Position numbers and translations under genes: made by a program. The notes beneath the pieces are model-generated. The model did not search any database. It was not told the origin of the DNA and saw only the letters and a program-made list of their open reading frames with translations. Below, piece after piece: positions 39,951 through 54,100 of a DNA stretch of 64,000 nucleotides; the first letter of the stretch is position 1; the number at the start of each line of letters is the position of its first letter. Source of the stretch: Ylistrum balloti (Eukaryota); assembly GCF_031769215.1 (NCBI RefSeq), contig NW_026782685.1:434001-498000 (forward strand), read 5' to 3'.

Positions 39951-40896
39951 ATTTGGCGATCACTGATGGGCTTTACGATGCGTGTTTTCTATAGACCCGT
40001 TTCTCTACTGCAATATATGTCAGCACATCCAAATGAAGCTTACCATACGTCCATGTGTGTTGAGCAAAAGGTACACCGTTGTACATAGCTCACTGACTGT
40101 CAGCCTGGCAACAACGCCGTCGCCAAAATAACATAAAGTATTTATTAATTTTGTTCTTCCATAATGGGTACAAGAAACGCTAATACAGAGAAATTCTTAA
40201 ATGCTTATTCTGATCACCTTATACACGACATAACGTTTTAAAATGAAGATATTCCTTTACACTCTAGATATGCTTACGGTACATATTGTCATGTATAAAG
40301 TTGTATCTGTATTAAATTCCTAGCCATATCGCTGTCAGCCCAAGTAACACCGTCAACCTATATACAAACTGATAGTCTAAATATAACTATAATTATAGGA
40401 TTGTATGTAGATGGAAGTGATGTATTATATAATTAAAACACACGCCATGATCAATGTTTTTCATACATCGATTTAATCAGAATAATTAAGAACATATGTT
40501 AATTACACGATGTTATTCCTACCCCGAGTAATCCTGACCACAGGCCCATTGCTACGTCGTTAAATTCTCATTATATCTATCTATGAGTGACCCTTTGACG
40601 ATCCTCACACAATTTAAAATGTAAGAGTGATCTGCCCTTGCAGTGACAACAGTGGGTAGATCTATCCGGAGAATTATGTGAAATTCCACGACTTAGTGCA
40701 GGAGGTATTGTGTCTTTTGAAGCTGTATTTATATCCTGCATCTACATGTATATGTAATCAATACCTGTCCACCCGGCTACGCCTGATTGAACCTTGCTTA
40801 CCGATAGTGTGCTCACGCTGCTTGCTTAGCTTAACTCACATTCCATTACCCTAGCCAACTCGCGTACGCTGGGTACACATTATTTGTTTTGCTGAC

Positions 40897-42121
40897 ATGT
40901 CCAGTACCCATCGAGACTCTGAGTCTAATAAAAGAACGCGTAGCGATAGGAGCTCATCATCGTCTTCTGACCTACCCGAAAGTAAAAAGTCTTCTCCATA
41001 TAGTTACATCTTGGACTTGCCCGAACCCGAGGTCTCTGACAATTATCCATTTTACATGGCTGAAGAGGCAAATATACCCACCCTCTCATCAGCTAATATG
41101 GACGGTTGTATCGTCCATGTAATTATCTTTGACGGAAGTAACATGCCATTTCAAGGGCGGTCACTCCGACTTTTTGGGAGAGGAGTTCCGGATAGCACCA
41201 TACCAGTGAACAGGTAAGAAAGGGATGTCATTACGCGCGTAACTTCCCCTTTTGCATCAAATTTCAATCAAGCTGGCGGTAATGAGAATTTTTTTTTCAA
41301 AAAAAAAAATAGAAAAAAAAAATCATGCAGATAATGAAAAAAGGGCGCAATTTATGAAAAATATCGTGGGGGAAATATATTAACTTAGAAATTGGAAATT
41401 AAATGTGTACACTCATGGACAGCATGTACCTATCGCCCAATCGGTTGTAAACCGACCAATATCGGTTACTTTAACCGACGATCAGATAGATAAAATAGCC
41501 GATCGTGTACTTAAAAAAACCGAGGACAGACTCCGGCAGATGGTCTTAGAGGAAGTAACACCTATTCAGGAGAGATTGCAGGCCCTCGAAAATGAAAATA
41601 GACAGTTGCGGTTAGCAATTGATGACGTCGAACAATACGGACGACGTCCATTAGTCAGTTTTTCCGGTATAAAGGAGATGGCGTCTTTTGGTAGCGAACC
41701 TACAGCCGAAGATACTACTTCCCTTGTAGTTGACATATGTACTAAGGCCAATATCCCCATAACAAGTGATGACATCGAGCGTTCCCACCGTGTGGGCAAG
41801 CCTCGACAGGGAAGGAATGGTCCCCCGAAACCTAGACAGATCATTGAGCGCCTTAAGTCTAGTGATGCTAAACGCAATCTGCTCATTAATAGTCCAAAAT
41901 CACGATCTTTGGAAGGAGTAATATCTGTTAATGAGGATCTGACCAAATTGCGCGATGCCCTCTTCTTCCATGCTCGTCAGTTAGCAAAGAAAAAACTTAT
42001 TAAGAAAGCTTTGACAACCAACGGGAAAATCCGCGTGAGGGACACTAATGACCGCGACCACGTCATTCAGAAAGAAGAGGATCTGTGCCCGTTTGGCCAT
42101 ACTGTAACTAAGCGACATTGA
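40897..42121 (+). mobile_element. LINE ORF1 (CR1/L2 type; coiled coil plus RRM-like), interrupted
   Basis: A low-complexity N-terminus (KRTRSDRSSSSSS) is followed by an interruption at about 41104-41414. The ORF 41405-42121 has LQALENENRQLRLAIDDVEQYGRR, DIERSHRVGK, VNEDLTK and TTNGKIRV, typical of the LINE ORF1p/Tnp22-like family. Confidence 0.82.
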
Positions 42122-44763
42122 TGTTCAAAATTTTTACTCAACTTTTTCAGTTGATGTTGTAATATATAGTCTGTAGAATTATTGTTAAGAAATCCCCCCC
42201 ATCAGCAATCTCCTTACTGACCCCCAGCCTAGTGAATGTATGACCAAAGATTGAGCTTCATGTCTGATATCCGAGTGCTTACGATGCTGGTGTTGGGTTG
42301 GTAACACAGTGACATTTTATCATGGTGCTGATGATAGAGTTATTACTAGTGCTGGTGGTCAGAGTCGTATTCTAGTTATCTCCTTTGAGTAATTTTTGTG
42401 ACGCATAAGAACATATTATAGATAATATATTTATAGATAATGGAATACATATACGCATGGTTCGCCCTCTTTGGCCATCAGACGTTAGAACATTTGCTTA
42501 ATATCAACTACTAACAACCGACTCTACGTCCATAGTTCATATTACTATTTTTCATGCTTCTCGTGCCCTCCAAAAGCTTTCGTATTGCAAGCATCTTAAG
42601 CACGAGTCATATAAGTTATAAATAATTAAAATGACTTATCTATATACAGATTCAATTCAAATCTATTTCGGATATACAGTCACACACTTTGACATTTATC
42701 TCCTTCGTTACCTTATTTTGAATGATTGATAACATGGCAATAACTATATAAATGTATGTCTATAATTAAGATCTGTATCGTAATATCTGTATCCAGCATA
42801 CATATGTATATGAGCACGATGATTATGTATACTTCCAGTTCCCATGAGATGCATTACATAAAGATGTACTTATGGTAAACGAAATCCTTAAAAATGTTTT
42901 CCCTAGCCTGGTTAACCGTGTCGATAGCTTGGCGGTCATGGCTAGCGTTGTTTTGACCAACTTGCTGTCTAGGCTCGCGGTACGGTTGATCAGGCTGGTT
43001 CCTATCACATAAATGTATCTGTAATATCTGGTTTGTGTTAATGATACAGGTGTCGACTTGGTGTCACTTTACTAGCATCATGTTCTACATAGTGCATTTC
43101 ACTAGACTTATTCAAATATATTGTTCTCAATATTTGTAGTCCTTTCTATGACAAGTTTTGTATATTGTCCGATCGTAAGAGTTATCTCCCCTGGTAACAC
43201 GACAATGTATCATAAAACTTTGTATTTTTTACTATATCAGGGCAATTGTTATTTTTTTCTTTATATATATAAATGTCTTGTGCAGTACACTGCTTCAAAC
43301 GAGGATATGTGCGTAATATTTGTGCTTTGTAGTCGTCATTCATTAATTTCTTAATTAGACGCACCCTAGAGTAAGTATGACTATGATCTCAGCTACTTGT
43401 CTGTGTATCACGATGCAAGTGACAAAGTCTGGTATGACGTGATGCCTGACCTATACTTGCGATGGCAGTCAAAATCATTAACTTATTAGCTAATATCATC
43501 GGTTTTATTCCAACTTGATATTGTTGCCACTTACTGATCAACATGTAAAGTTTTATGTATAAATTTATATTCTCATCATCCATAACCTTACTTGGCGACG
43601 GGTATGTATTGGAATTATGAAAAACATTTGTCAATACTATTTTCTTCAATTTGGGTTTTATCCTCATTGATATAACTGATAAAATTCGGTAAGCTTCAGT
43701 TGGCTGCGACATATAACATATGTATAACAGCCGATATTGCTTCATGAGCTACCCCCTTGGCAATGCAAAAGTTGTTCATACATACTATACGTTACATAAT
43801 ACTATTGTAGCGACACAGGTCGAGGTGACTGCAGAGTAATTTTCTTACGTGTTGGTTGTTGCGCTCATATAATCTCAATTTGCTGTGTACATACATGTAT
43901 ACGATAAAAAAAACTAATGCTATGGTTACATTAGACGGAATCCATTTGTCAATTGTGTTGTTGTCTTTTATGAACATGTTACATAATATGTACAACTAAT
44001 CGTGTTTTAGAGACTTCTCAAATCAACATAAGTATGTGAGAGCAAATTATTACTCATAATCGTTCTGATTATCTGAACTTAATGTCACTTTTGATGTACA
44101 TTATTGTATATAAGTAATCCCATAGAATTAAGTGTTAGACTGTGCTCCTTTGTCCTGTTATTTCATCGTTTACTTTACTTACTGAACTGCATAGAACTTT
44201 GTTATTATTATTATAGCTGCGAAAGCTAGTGTTCATTCACAAAGCTTAATTATTGAGCGATTTTTTTTCTTAGAAACGATTATTCCCTTTTTAGCAACTG
44301 ATGTGTTTTTCCTTAGTTTAACTTCTTTGCCCTTAAAATTCCAAATATTTGTTAAAGTAATTACGTAGTTAACTTACTTATTCCTTCTTTTTGTAATATG
44401 TAATTTATTTTGTACCCCCTATGGCTGACACTATATGTACGATGTTTGGTTATGTTAACAGCGATCTCATGAATGCACTATTAAGTCCTTTTGATTTTTT
44501 TCTTCTTTCATCATACCAGTGATGACTATTATCTTCTCTCTCATCCTCACTCTTATTACTTTTCTATTTTCTTCACCTATTACCACTTATGATCAAATAT
44601 TCATTTTAAACATGTCGCCCCTTTCACTTTTGTATATTATTACCCCCCTTGATGCATATAAATCCCCGGTTGGCTTTGTTTCATCATTACGCTACGGTTC
44701 ACTCTACAGGATCAATTATATTCTTGCATGGCATTTTAATGTGTTCTATCCCGGTATTACCTA

Positions 44764-47700
44764 ATGTCAATTTGTGTTGAGCAATATCGTACAAGAATAG
44801 GTCTTTTTTCCACTGTAACTATGAAACGTATGAACATTAGATCACCAAACGTTATCAACATCTTATTCTATGTATTGTTTTGTATATATATCCATTATAT
44901 ACTTATGTATTTCCTGACCGATATAATACTATACATCACAACAAATAACGTTTTCATAACACATGTAGTATTACGTAATTCCTGTCCAGGTTTTCTTAGA
45001 GAAATTACCAATTTTACCTTCACTCTCTCAGTCTCACTTTTATTGTTGTGAACCCAGGTCCCTCTAACTCTGAACGTTCTAGCTCTGTCACCGACACCTC
45101 GAGTTTTTCGTCTCTTTTATCCGAAGAGTTGCTGAATTCTGACAATAATTTGTCATTTGTTCATTTGAATGTCCAAAGTCTACGACCAAAACTTGACCAT
45201 CTCTTTACTGAATTGTATAACTATGATATCTTGTCGTTTACTGAAACATGGTTGAGCGATACTCAAAATAACAACGATTTAGAATTAACCGGTTTTCAGA
45301 AACCTTTTTGTCGCTATAGGCCAAACAGAATAGGTGGGGGAGTTGCTGTTTATATAAAGAATGACTTATTTGCTAAAAGGCGTAATGATATCGAAGTAGG
45401 TAATCTTGATTGTATTTGGATTGAAATTCTCTATAGAGGGCAGAAGCTACTATTTGGAATTTTTTATAGGTCCCCTAACTCCGATATTAACGACTGGGAC
45501 TTGATTGAGCATTCTATTGACTTTGCTTTTAACACTGGTATTGATGATATTGTTATTACTGGCGACTTTAATTCTAATATGCTACGTCCTAACCCTCACC
45601 GTACTAGACTAGCGAATATTATACAGCTCTATAACATGTTACAGATAATAACTGAACCTACTTTTTATTCTGAACCCAACTCTAGTCTTCTCGATATTAT
45701 CTTAGTAAGTAATGATTCTATTGTTACGCGTTCATACGTAGGTGAACACTTCCTTGAGCAAAATACACGATATCATTGTCCGATATACGGTTTTCTTCAT
45801 GTTAATATATGGTTGTTCAAACATGGTGACTACGTATCATATCGAAGAAAACTTTCTGATGTTTCTTGGGATGAAGTTATTATTCCCAATGACCCAAACG
45901 AATCTTGTAAGAATGTGACAGAAAAAATATTAAGTATCGCTCGCGATTGTATACCCTATAAGTCTGCATTAATAAGACCACTTGACCCGCCTTGGATGTG
46001 CAATAAAATCCGTCGACTCATTCGTAAACGTAAACGATCTTACAAAATTGCCCGTTCTTCAAATTCTCCTTCTGACTGGTTGAAATTTCGACGCTTAAGG
46101 AATAAGAGTGCTAATGCATGTAGAATTGCTAAGAAGAAATACTTGTGTAAACTTACCGCTTCCCTCCGCGACAAAAATAATCTGTATCGAAATTCTTGGT
46201 GGAATACTATCAAATCATTTATAGGCATTTCCAAAAAGTCAAATTCCATTCCTGCTTTATTATGTAACGGTATCCTGTACGTATCAGCTGGTGATAAAGC
46301 TAGGCTATTCAATGATTACTTCACAGCCCTGTATATGATACACACTCCCAAATTCCTCCCAACCAAATTCCTGATAATAAACTTAGTGATATTATTATAA
46401 CTGAAACGGATGTTCAAGATGTCTTATTATCACTTGACACTTCAACAGCTACAGGACCTGACTTGTTGAACCCACGTTTACTTAAAGAAGGTGCCAACGA
46501 ATTAGTCTTACCACTTTGTATTTTATTCAACTCTTCTTTACAACTTGGTATATTTCCTAATTCTTGGAAGATAGCCAATGTAATACCTGTACATAAAAAG
46601 AATGAAAAAAATGATGTTAAAAATTACCGTCCTATTTCTTTACTTAGTATCGTTGGCAAAGTGATGGAAAGGTGTATATTTAAATATGTACATAATTTTC
46701 TAAATGAATATAATTTGATAACAGATTGCCAGTCAGGATTTAGACCAGGGGATTCTACAATTAACCAGCTACTAAATAGAACTAAGGACTTGGGAAGGGC
46801 AATAGATTCTGGGAGGGAAGTACGTATTGTTTTTTGCGATATAAGCAAGGCTTTTGATCGTGTCTGGCACAAAGGTCTTATACATAAACTTGTCAATATT
46901 GGTTTAGATGGTAAAGTAATTTAATGGTTCAAAAACTACTTAACAGATAGAAAACAAAAAGTTATCATTAATGGTGCTGAGTCCTATTTGTCTGATATCA
47001 CGGCGGGAGTTCCTCAAGGGTCAATTTTAGGGCCTCTTTTGTTTCTAATTTTTATTAACGATATACTCGCCGATATTGGGTCTATAATCAAGCTATTTGC
47101 TGATGATACGTCTGTATATGTTATTGTTGATTCACCTTTGTTGGCTGCTGAACGTCTGAATAATGACATGGAGAAAATTTATTTATGGTCCAAAGCTTGG
47201 CTTGTTGATTTTAACCCTCAAAAAACTGAATGTATGATTGTTTCTAGAAAAAGAGATCCCCTTAATCATCCTAACATTTACTTTGATAATACCCCCATAA
47301 CAAATGTAAACTCTCATAGACACTTGGGTGTAACTCTATCTCGCGACTGTAGCTGGACTACTCACGTTGATATTATTATTGGTCAAGTAACATCTAAGCT
47401 TAATATGATACGGAAATTAAAATTTACTCTAGACAGGAAAAGTTTGCAGATTTTATATTTTACCTTTATTAGGCCTGTAATTGAATACGCTGATATTGTC
47501 TGGGATAATTCAAGCAACGAGTATGTAAATAAGCTGGAGAAAATAAATCAGGAGGCTGCCAGAATAATATGTGGGGCTACTAAATTAACTAATATAGATA
47601 AACTGTATATAGATACCGGGTGGGAAACACTAAGCGAAAGAAGGAGAAAACACAAATTAATCCAATTTTTTAAAATGTTTCATGGTAGAACGCCTGAATA

Positions 47701-48259
47701 TCTGTCCTGTCTGGTACCTCCTAACATATCTGACACACATAATTATGGCACAAGACATGGTAACAATTCAATCGGTGTTAGATGTATGTCCGAATTCTAT
47801 TGCCATTCCTTTTTACCCTCAGTGATTACACTTTGGAACAATATTCCTGAGGAAATTGGTAATAATCCCTCACTATTTTCATTCAAAAAGTATCTTAATA
47901 TCAATTCCAGGGGACGTCCGCCTGAATATTATTATGCAGGGTTGAGACTAGACCAAATATACCATACTAGATTACGGCTTGGATGTAGTTCCTTAAAAGG
48001 TCACCTCTTTCGGAGAAACCTAGTTGATAGTCCCATGTGTGCATGTGGATACCCATTTGAAGATAGTTTCCATTTCCTGTTGCAGTGTGCCAATCACTCT
48101 GCCCCAAGACGAAGGTATTTAACCTCGTTGACTTACCATCTTAGTGTTGATTTACTTTTGTTTGGCGATCCACTTTTATCTTATGACCAAAATGTAGAAA
48201 TATTCATAGCTACTCAAAAATTTATAAAATTGAGTGAAAGATTTAGAAATAGTACCTAG
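44764..48259 (+). mobile_element. Near-complete CR1/L2-type LINE ORF2 (hydrophobic leader, degraded 2A-like motif, APE endonuclease, RT, C-terminal Cys/His motif), inactivated
   Basis: The endonuclease has HLNVQSL, FTETWL, GGGVAVY, GDFN and LDIIL. The RT has YRPISLL, QSGFRPG, CDISKAFDRVWH, GVPQGSILGP and LFADD. The C-terminus has CACG...HFLLQC. Lesions are a frameshift at about 45049, a frameshift at about 46330 and an in-frame TAA at 46922-46924. The 3' UTR runs to about 48620, ending aataaagtttaaactaa. Confidence 0.95.
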
Positions 48260-48751
48260 CATCCTATCAATCCAACCGGGGAAATTCATCAATTCATGTA
48301 ATCATGTTTACAATATTTATATTATAAATTATGCACTCTTGCCTAATTTTATATACCCCCTTTTCTTTTCTCTTCTTCCATTTTCTCTTCCTTTAGTTGT
48401 AAACCTGTTCGTTTCATATTATAAACATTAGTTAAGTTACATTATAATCAATTCACTATATGCTGTCAGTGTAAGGGTTAACATGTAAAATTTAAATTGC
48501 TGTATTGATGAGACGGACTTAGATTAAGTACATTTGTACTTGTTTCCAAATCATCTTTATGTTTTGTATGTCACCAATATGTACATGTTTCACTTGCCAA
48601 TACAAATAAAGTTTAAACTAATGTAAAATCTCGTCATTTAGAGTATGAATATCGACTTAAACCCAAATGTCTACTCATGCCAATCTGTCGTAGGTTTGTG
48701 TCCAGTTCAATGCTTCAAGTTATCCTCCAAGTATATTAAGGTGTTTTCTGT

Positions 48752-49225
48752 ATAACTAAATCGCATGCCAGTTTACACCGGAAATAAAAATAACTAAATC
48801 GCATACCAGTATACGACGGAAATAAAAAGAACTAAATCGCATGCCAGTTTACACCGGAAATAAAAATAACTAAATCGCATACCAGTATACGACGGAAATA
48901 AAAATAACTAAATCGCATACCAGTATACGACGGAAATATAAGATCTAAATCACATACGAGTTTATACCGGAAATAAAAAACGTTTACACCGAAAATAAAC
49001 AGAACTAAATCGCATACCAGTATACACCGGAAAAAAGCAACTAAATGGCATACCAGTATACATCGGAAAAAAACAACTAAATGGCATACCAGTATACAGT
49101 GGAAATTGAAAAAGTAACACAGGAAATAAAAAGAACTCAATCGCATGCCACTATATACTGAAAAAGAAAAAAAGTATACACCCGAAATAAAAAGAACTTA
49201 ATCGCGCACCAGTATACACCGGAAT
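48752..49225. repeat. 37-39-bp minisatellite, about 12 degenerate copies
   Basis: The unit is aactaaatcgcatRccagtWtacaccggaaataaaaaN. Confidence 0.9.
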
Positions 49226-51144
49226 AAAATGATCTGAAATAATAGCTCTGGTGTAGTAATACAAATGTTTCCTTTCTATAAACCCGATCTGTAATTCAAC
49301 CTATGACTGTTTGTAAAAATATATCACTAAGGAATATACAGGAGAATTTGTTTTCAAACAATTTTTATTAATAATAATATAAATGTAAATGAAAGTTTAA
49401 TATATCTTCTCCATTTCCAAGTAAATTCTTAAAGGAAACAGAGTTTTTTTTTCTACATACAATGTAGATGTTCACTGATGAAAACAATCTTCATAACATG
49501 TAAGGAATCATGATATATCTGAGAGTGTGGACAACTTGAAAAATATTTCGCCATGAGTGACAAATTTACCTTACACAGAGTTTTAGGTGTTCAACATAAT
49601 ATGTCAAACCCAGCTTTTACGCTTTACAGAACGTCATGCTTTAAAGTTTGAATAAATCGTAATCATAAACACCAAATGTCTATATAAGTCAGTGTAGGAA
49701 ACGCAGCAAACTGATTTTTCTCAAGGAAGCGCAAACAGCATTTCGATAAACCAATATAACACTATGTGTATACATGAATAAATAAATGTAACCAAGCAAA
49801 ACGTCAATGGCTAGTATTAACTATGCAGACGATGAATGTGTTTTAGCAGTCTGTGTAGTGTTTGAATTATTCATAACAAAAATAGGAAAACACCATTGAA
49901 ACACACCTGCCATGAACATCACGGATGGTTTAGTCTGATTTAATAAGCAAAACCTTGACAAACAGACAGGAAGGACATCTCTAGCAAAGATATCCGTCCA
50001 TTATTTCAATATGCAATACGTTTATTATTTTTATTTTATCAATTAGACCACGGATTGTCTTGAATAGAAGTCTACCATGTGTTTATACCTACATTATATA
50101 TGTCAACAGCCACTCGGAAAAACATTTTCATAAATGGAAAAGTGGCAGAATTTTCGAGTCCATATATTGGGATATTTATATGAAAAATGCAGCAATATCT
50201 ATACATAGATTGACACGGTAAGTTGAACTAGTTATTTGTTGGGTTTAAAGATACCCAGCTAAATAGACATGCACTGTGGCTGGATCCTGAAGAATAACCC
50301 AGGCAAGAGGTACAAAGAATGTTTTATATGGAATGTATAGAAAGTATACACACTTACTAGGTATTAGAAGGAAATTTATCATATAAACAGAGGGATACAT
50401 ACATGCTGGCTATCATTAAGGTATCTAAGATAGATTTATCACCAAATGGTTGCTAACGTTATGAGACAAACAGAATCATAACGTATGATTGAAACACCAT
50501 TAAAAGAGCCTTTTCCGAATTTTCATTTTACCGAGCCTTTGGTGAAGTAAAAATTGAAGAAATTACTGATCTTTGTTTTAATTTTTTAATCTTATATGCA
50601 ACGAAAATGATTATAGGACCTTCTATTTGGTTTTTGTTTACTGAATGCATATCATTCACACGCATGTTTGAACAAAAATGAAAATAACTGTATATATATT
50701 CAAGAGTTTTCTGTTTTCTCACATTGTCTTTGATAATTTGTTTCTCGTTAAGACAACACTACCTATTTCTTTAACAGTATCTTGTTCCATTTAAAGCAGG
50801 ATTGTATGGTCCTAGATTCCATCTGTTTCTCCTCTTATTTGCTATTTCTCATCCTTGAAACCTTGATCACTGAAGATAGTGATAACAAAATTAAGGTTAT
50901 TATTTTTTTTAAAAATATTTACTCTCCATAAAGCCATAAAATTTATTTTCATGTTTTGCTGATGTATGTAGAGGTAATTTTTTTTTAATGAAAATTATAT
51001 GCCACAAGCTAAGCCAACCAAGTCAAACCAAGCCAAGCATAACGTATATATGTATATAACACTATGTATGTTACAGGATGTTAAAAGTGACACATTAATG
51101 TGTTGCTGAATATACAACTTTATCCAGGACGGTACGAAGTCATC

Positions 51145-54100
51145 ATGGTTCTCACCAAACCTGACACAGGTTGGTCCTGGGTAGTCATGACAGCAACATT
51201 TTGTATTTTAACCATCCATGGTTTTCTTGTTTATGGGTCTGGCATGGTACAGATAGCTCTGTTCGAAAGATTTCATGATAGTGTGGCCAAAACTTCATTA
51301 GCAGGATCTTTGTTAACGGGATTCTTATCTTGTTCAGGTAAGTATGGTAACGACAAAAATCTGATTTATTGATTAAAAATCAATTTCCATTGGAATTTAA
51401 TTAGGAAAACCTGATTACGCTTATTACGATATTAAAAGATAAAAAGGTTTTAATATTTGTTTTAAGTATTTCCATAGTTGATAAAAGGAGTTATACCGGG
51501 TTGCAATCAGAACACACCTTGTTGAAACCATACCAAATTTTCCTTGATTGAAATTGATGACGTCAAATCTGTTAGATAATGTATAGAACTTGTCATTCTT
51601 TTGCGAACGAAATACTAAGACGTTGCTTCCTTTGTTTTTTTTAGGTATTTTAGACGGGGTGTTAATCAGACGATACAGTTGTCGACAGGTTGCCGTCAGC
51701 GGTGGAATTCTAATGGTTATCGGAATTTTCCTCAGTGCCTTCATGACGTCATTGAGCTGGATAATATTTACCTTTGGTGTTGTTGCAGGTATCTATAACA
51801 TATCAACTGTTTTCAGTCTGTCACCGGAAAAGTTAAAGCGTATCAAACAGACAAAATCATTGTATTATAAGCATGTCATTGCATTCAGAAATTGTTATAT
51901 CTGTGTAGTTTAAACTGTACTTAATTTCCTTATTGAGTATTTGTAATGACGACTGAGACATGTGGCTAGGGACAAGATGACTGTGAAACACTTGTGCTCT
52001 CTTGGCTGGGTCTTTGGGTAAGATGCCTTACCACATATGCTATACATAGCATGAGATGGAGCTCTTGTTCCATGCATGTTGTTTAGCTTCTACAAGGAAG
52101 CATCGCCTCAGAATTGATTTTTCTGTTGGAGGTTCGATAAACCCAGTACTTCAACCTCCACCTTGATGCCTAGATCTTTCGGAAAAGTCGTGCACTCGTT
52201 TAACTTTGAAGGGTCGTCATCTTATGTTTACTTTTTTCATGTTTTTCTTCCAATTTTTCGATATCTTATTTAAAAGATACAGTTTAATTAAATGCTTATA
52301 TTTCTATATATAACATTTGTACATCTGACGTATTAAAGATAGTAGAGGATATCACATTTTCGAAGGAAAGGAAGAATGCCCCAGTAGTACACTTCTTATC
52401 AAATAAGATTCACAAGATGTGCATTTTTGGAGAAGCACGTTAACCTTCCACAACATCATGTCTTATTTTCGTTTGTTTTTTCAGTGGTTTCCCCTCCCCC
52501 TCCCTTTATTTATTATTTGCTCTCTTTTGTCAGTTTTCAGAAAAGTGAAATGACTTACAAGCTAGTGTTTTGTTACTACTTTCCTAAATATTGGTGTCTC
52601 CGATATTGTTTTATATATTTTTGTGGCTTTTAATCAATTTCTTTTTGTTTTTCAGGTTTTGGAGCTGGTATACAATATACATCCATGTACATTACCATTG
52701 GTTACAATTTTAAACGAAATATCAACCTTGCATTAGGCTTCGCTTTATCGGGTTGTGGTATTGGAACTTTCGTCTTTACTCCAGTATTCGCGTATATTAT
52801 GACTGTTTATTCATTAGAAGGAATTTTCATATGTTTAGCAGGTTTATCGTTGCAAAGTATTGTTTTCAGTGTAATGATATTTCCTTCTAGTCTAGAAATG
52901 AAACATAAATCAAATTCTACAAATACACGCAAAGGAACAAACAGTCAAGATACAACTTCGTTTTGTGTGAATATGATAAAATTATTTAAAACAAGATCTT
53001 TTGTAGTCTTACTAATTAGCTTATATATTGCAAATTTTGGAACCTATATAGTCTACATACACTTGGCTAACTATACCACACACAAGGGAAGCACAGAAAT
53101 GGAGGCCGCTTTACTTCTGTCTATAATAGGGTTGTGCTCCTGTGTATCAAGGATATTGGCCGGACTTGCTTGTAATTCGGAAGTCATTGAGGAACCAACA
53201 CTTTTGTTTGGAACTTTGGGAGTAACTGGAGTTTTCACAGTCCTGCTGCCTCTTTACAGTCATACACTTGCAGGACAGATCGTTTTTGCCGTTGCCTTTG
53301 GACTATACGCTGGATGCTTGTACTCCATAATGAATGGTATAACGTTAAGGTTTTTGTCATTAAGTGACCTCGGTAGCGCGGTGGGAATCGAACTCGCCGT
53401 TATAGGAGTTGGTATAATGACTGGTCCTCCTGCTGTAGGTAAGTATAACGCATTCCGTATGTAGAATTTTTGGTTGAACTAGAATTTTACTCGTTGAAGA
53501 TTTCAGCGTGGGCAAATATTGACCGAGACTAAAATTCAGATAGAAAATTAATTGCAGTAAACTAAAAGCATGTGAAAGGAGGATTGTGGTATAGAGGTAT
53601 TACGTAATTATAATGATGGACATTTGAATTATTTATGCCTTCTTTACTTTTTGTTCCTCGAAAGCTTCATCATTTCGAAATCTTTTCGTAAAATACTCTT
53701 CTGTACGTTTTGTTGTGATAGATATCATCCAGGATTTTTAAACTACATTCTATACGCAAAACAGTGTAACCACTTAAAATAGTTAACATATAACCATCCT
53801 TCAAAATATATCATATTTAACAGAAATAAAGTTAATTGGTGCAAATAAAACATCTCTAGGTGCATTGTAAATTGAAACCCAGAACAACTATTTTATTGAA
53901 TTATTTCTATTCTCTTGAACAAGCACTGCTTACATTGTTAGAATTTGTATTTATCTACCCGCAAATAATAAACCAATTTATTTTTAATTAATTAATCTCA
54001 TCTTTAAATATCTTTCAAAGAATTTAATTCATGTTTAAACAAAATATGGGTATAACAGGTTTGTTTCACACACGCAAATGTCCCATTTATGGACCGAAAT

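Noticed and set aside
44519-44764. 81-aa hydrophobic ORF abutting the LINE ORF2 start (stop and ATG overlap)
   Set aside because: The T-rich spacer sequence readily gives hydrophobic ORFs and no motif supports it. It is worth revisiting only if conserved in sister copies.
45048-48259. Host or domesticated reverse transcriptase gene
   Set aside because: Two frameshifts and an in-frame stop, together with a LINE-type 3' tail, indicate an ordinary dead retrotransposon copy.
48832-49146. 104-aa hydrophobic minus-strand ORF (RCILVCHLV repeats)
   Set aside because: It is a translation of the 37-39-bp minisatellite.
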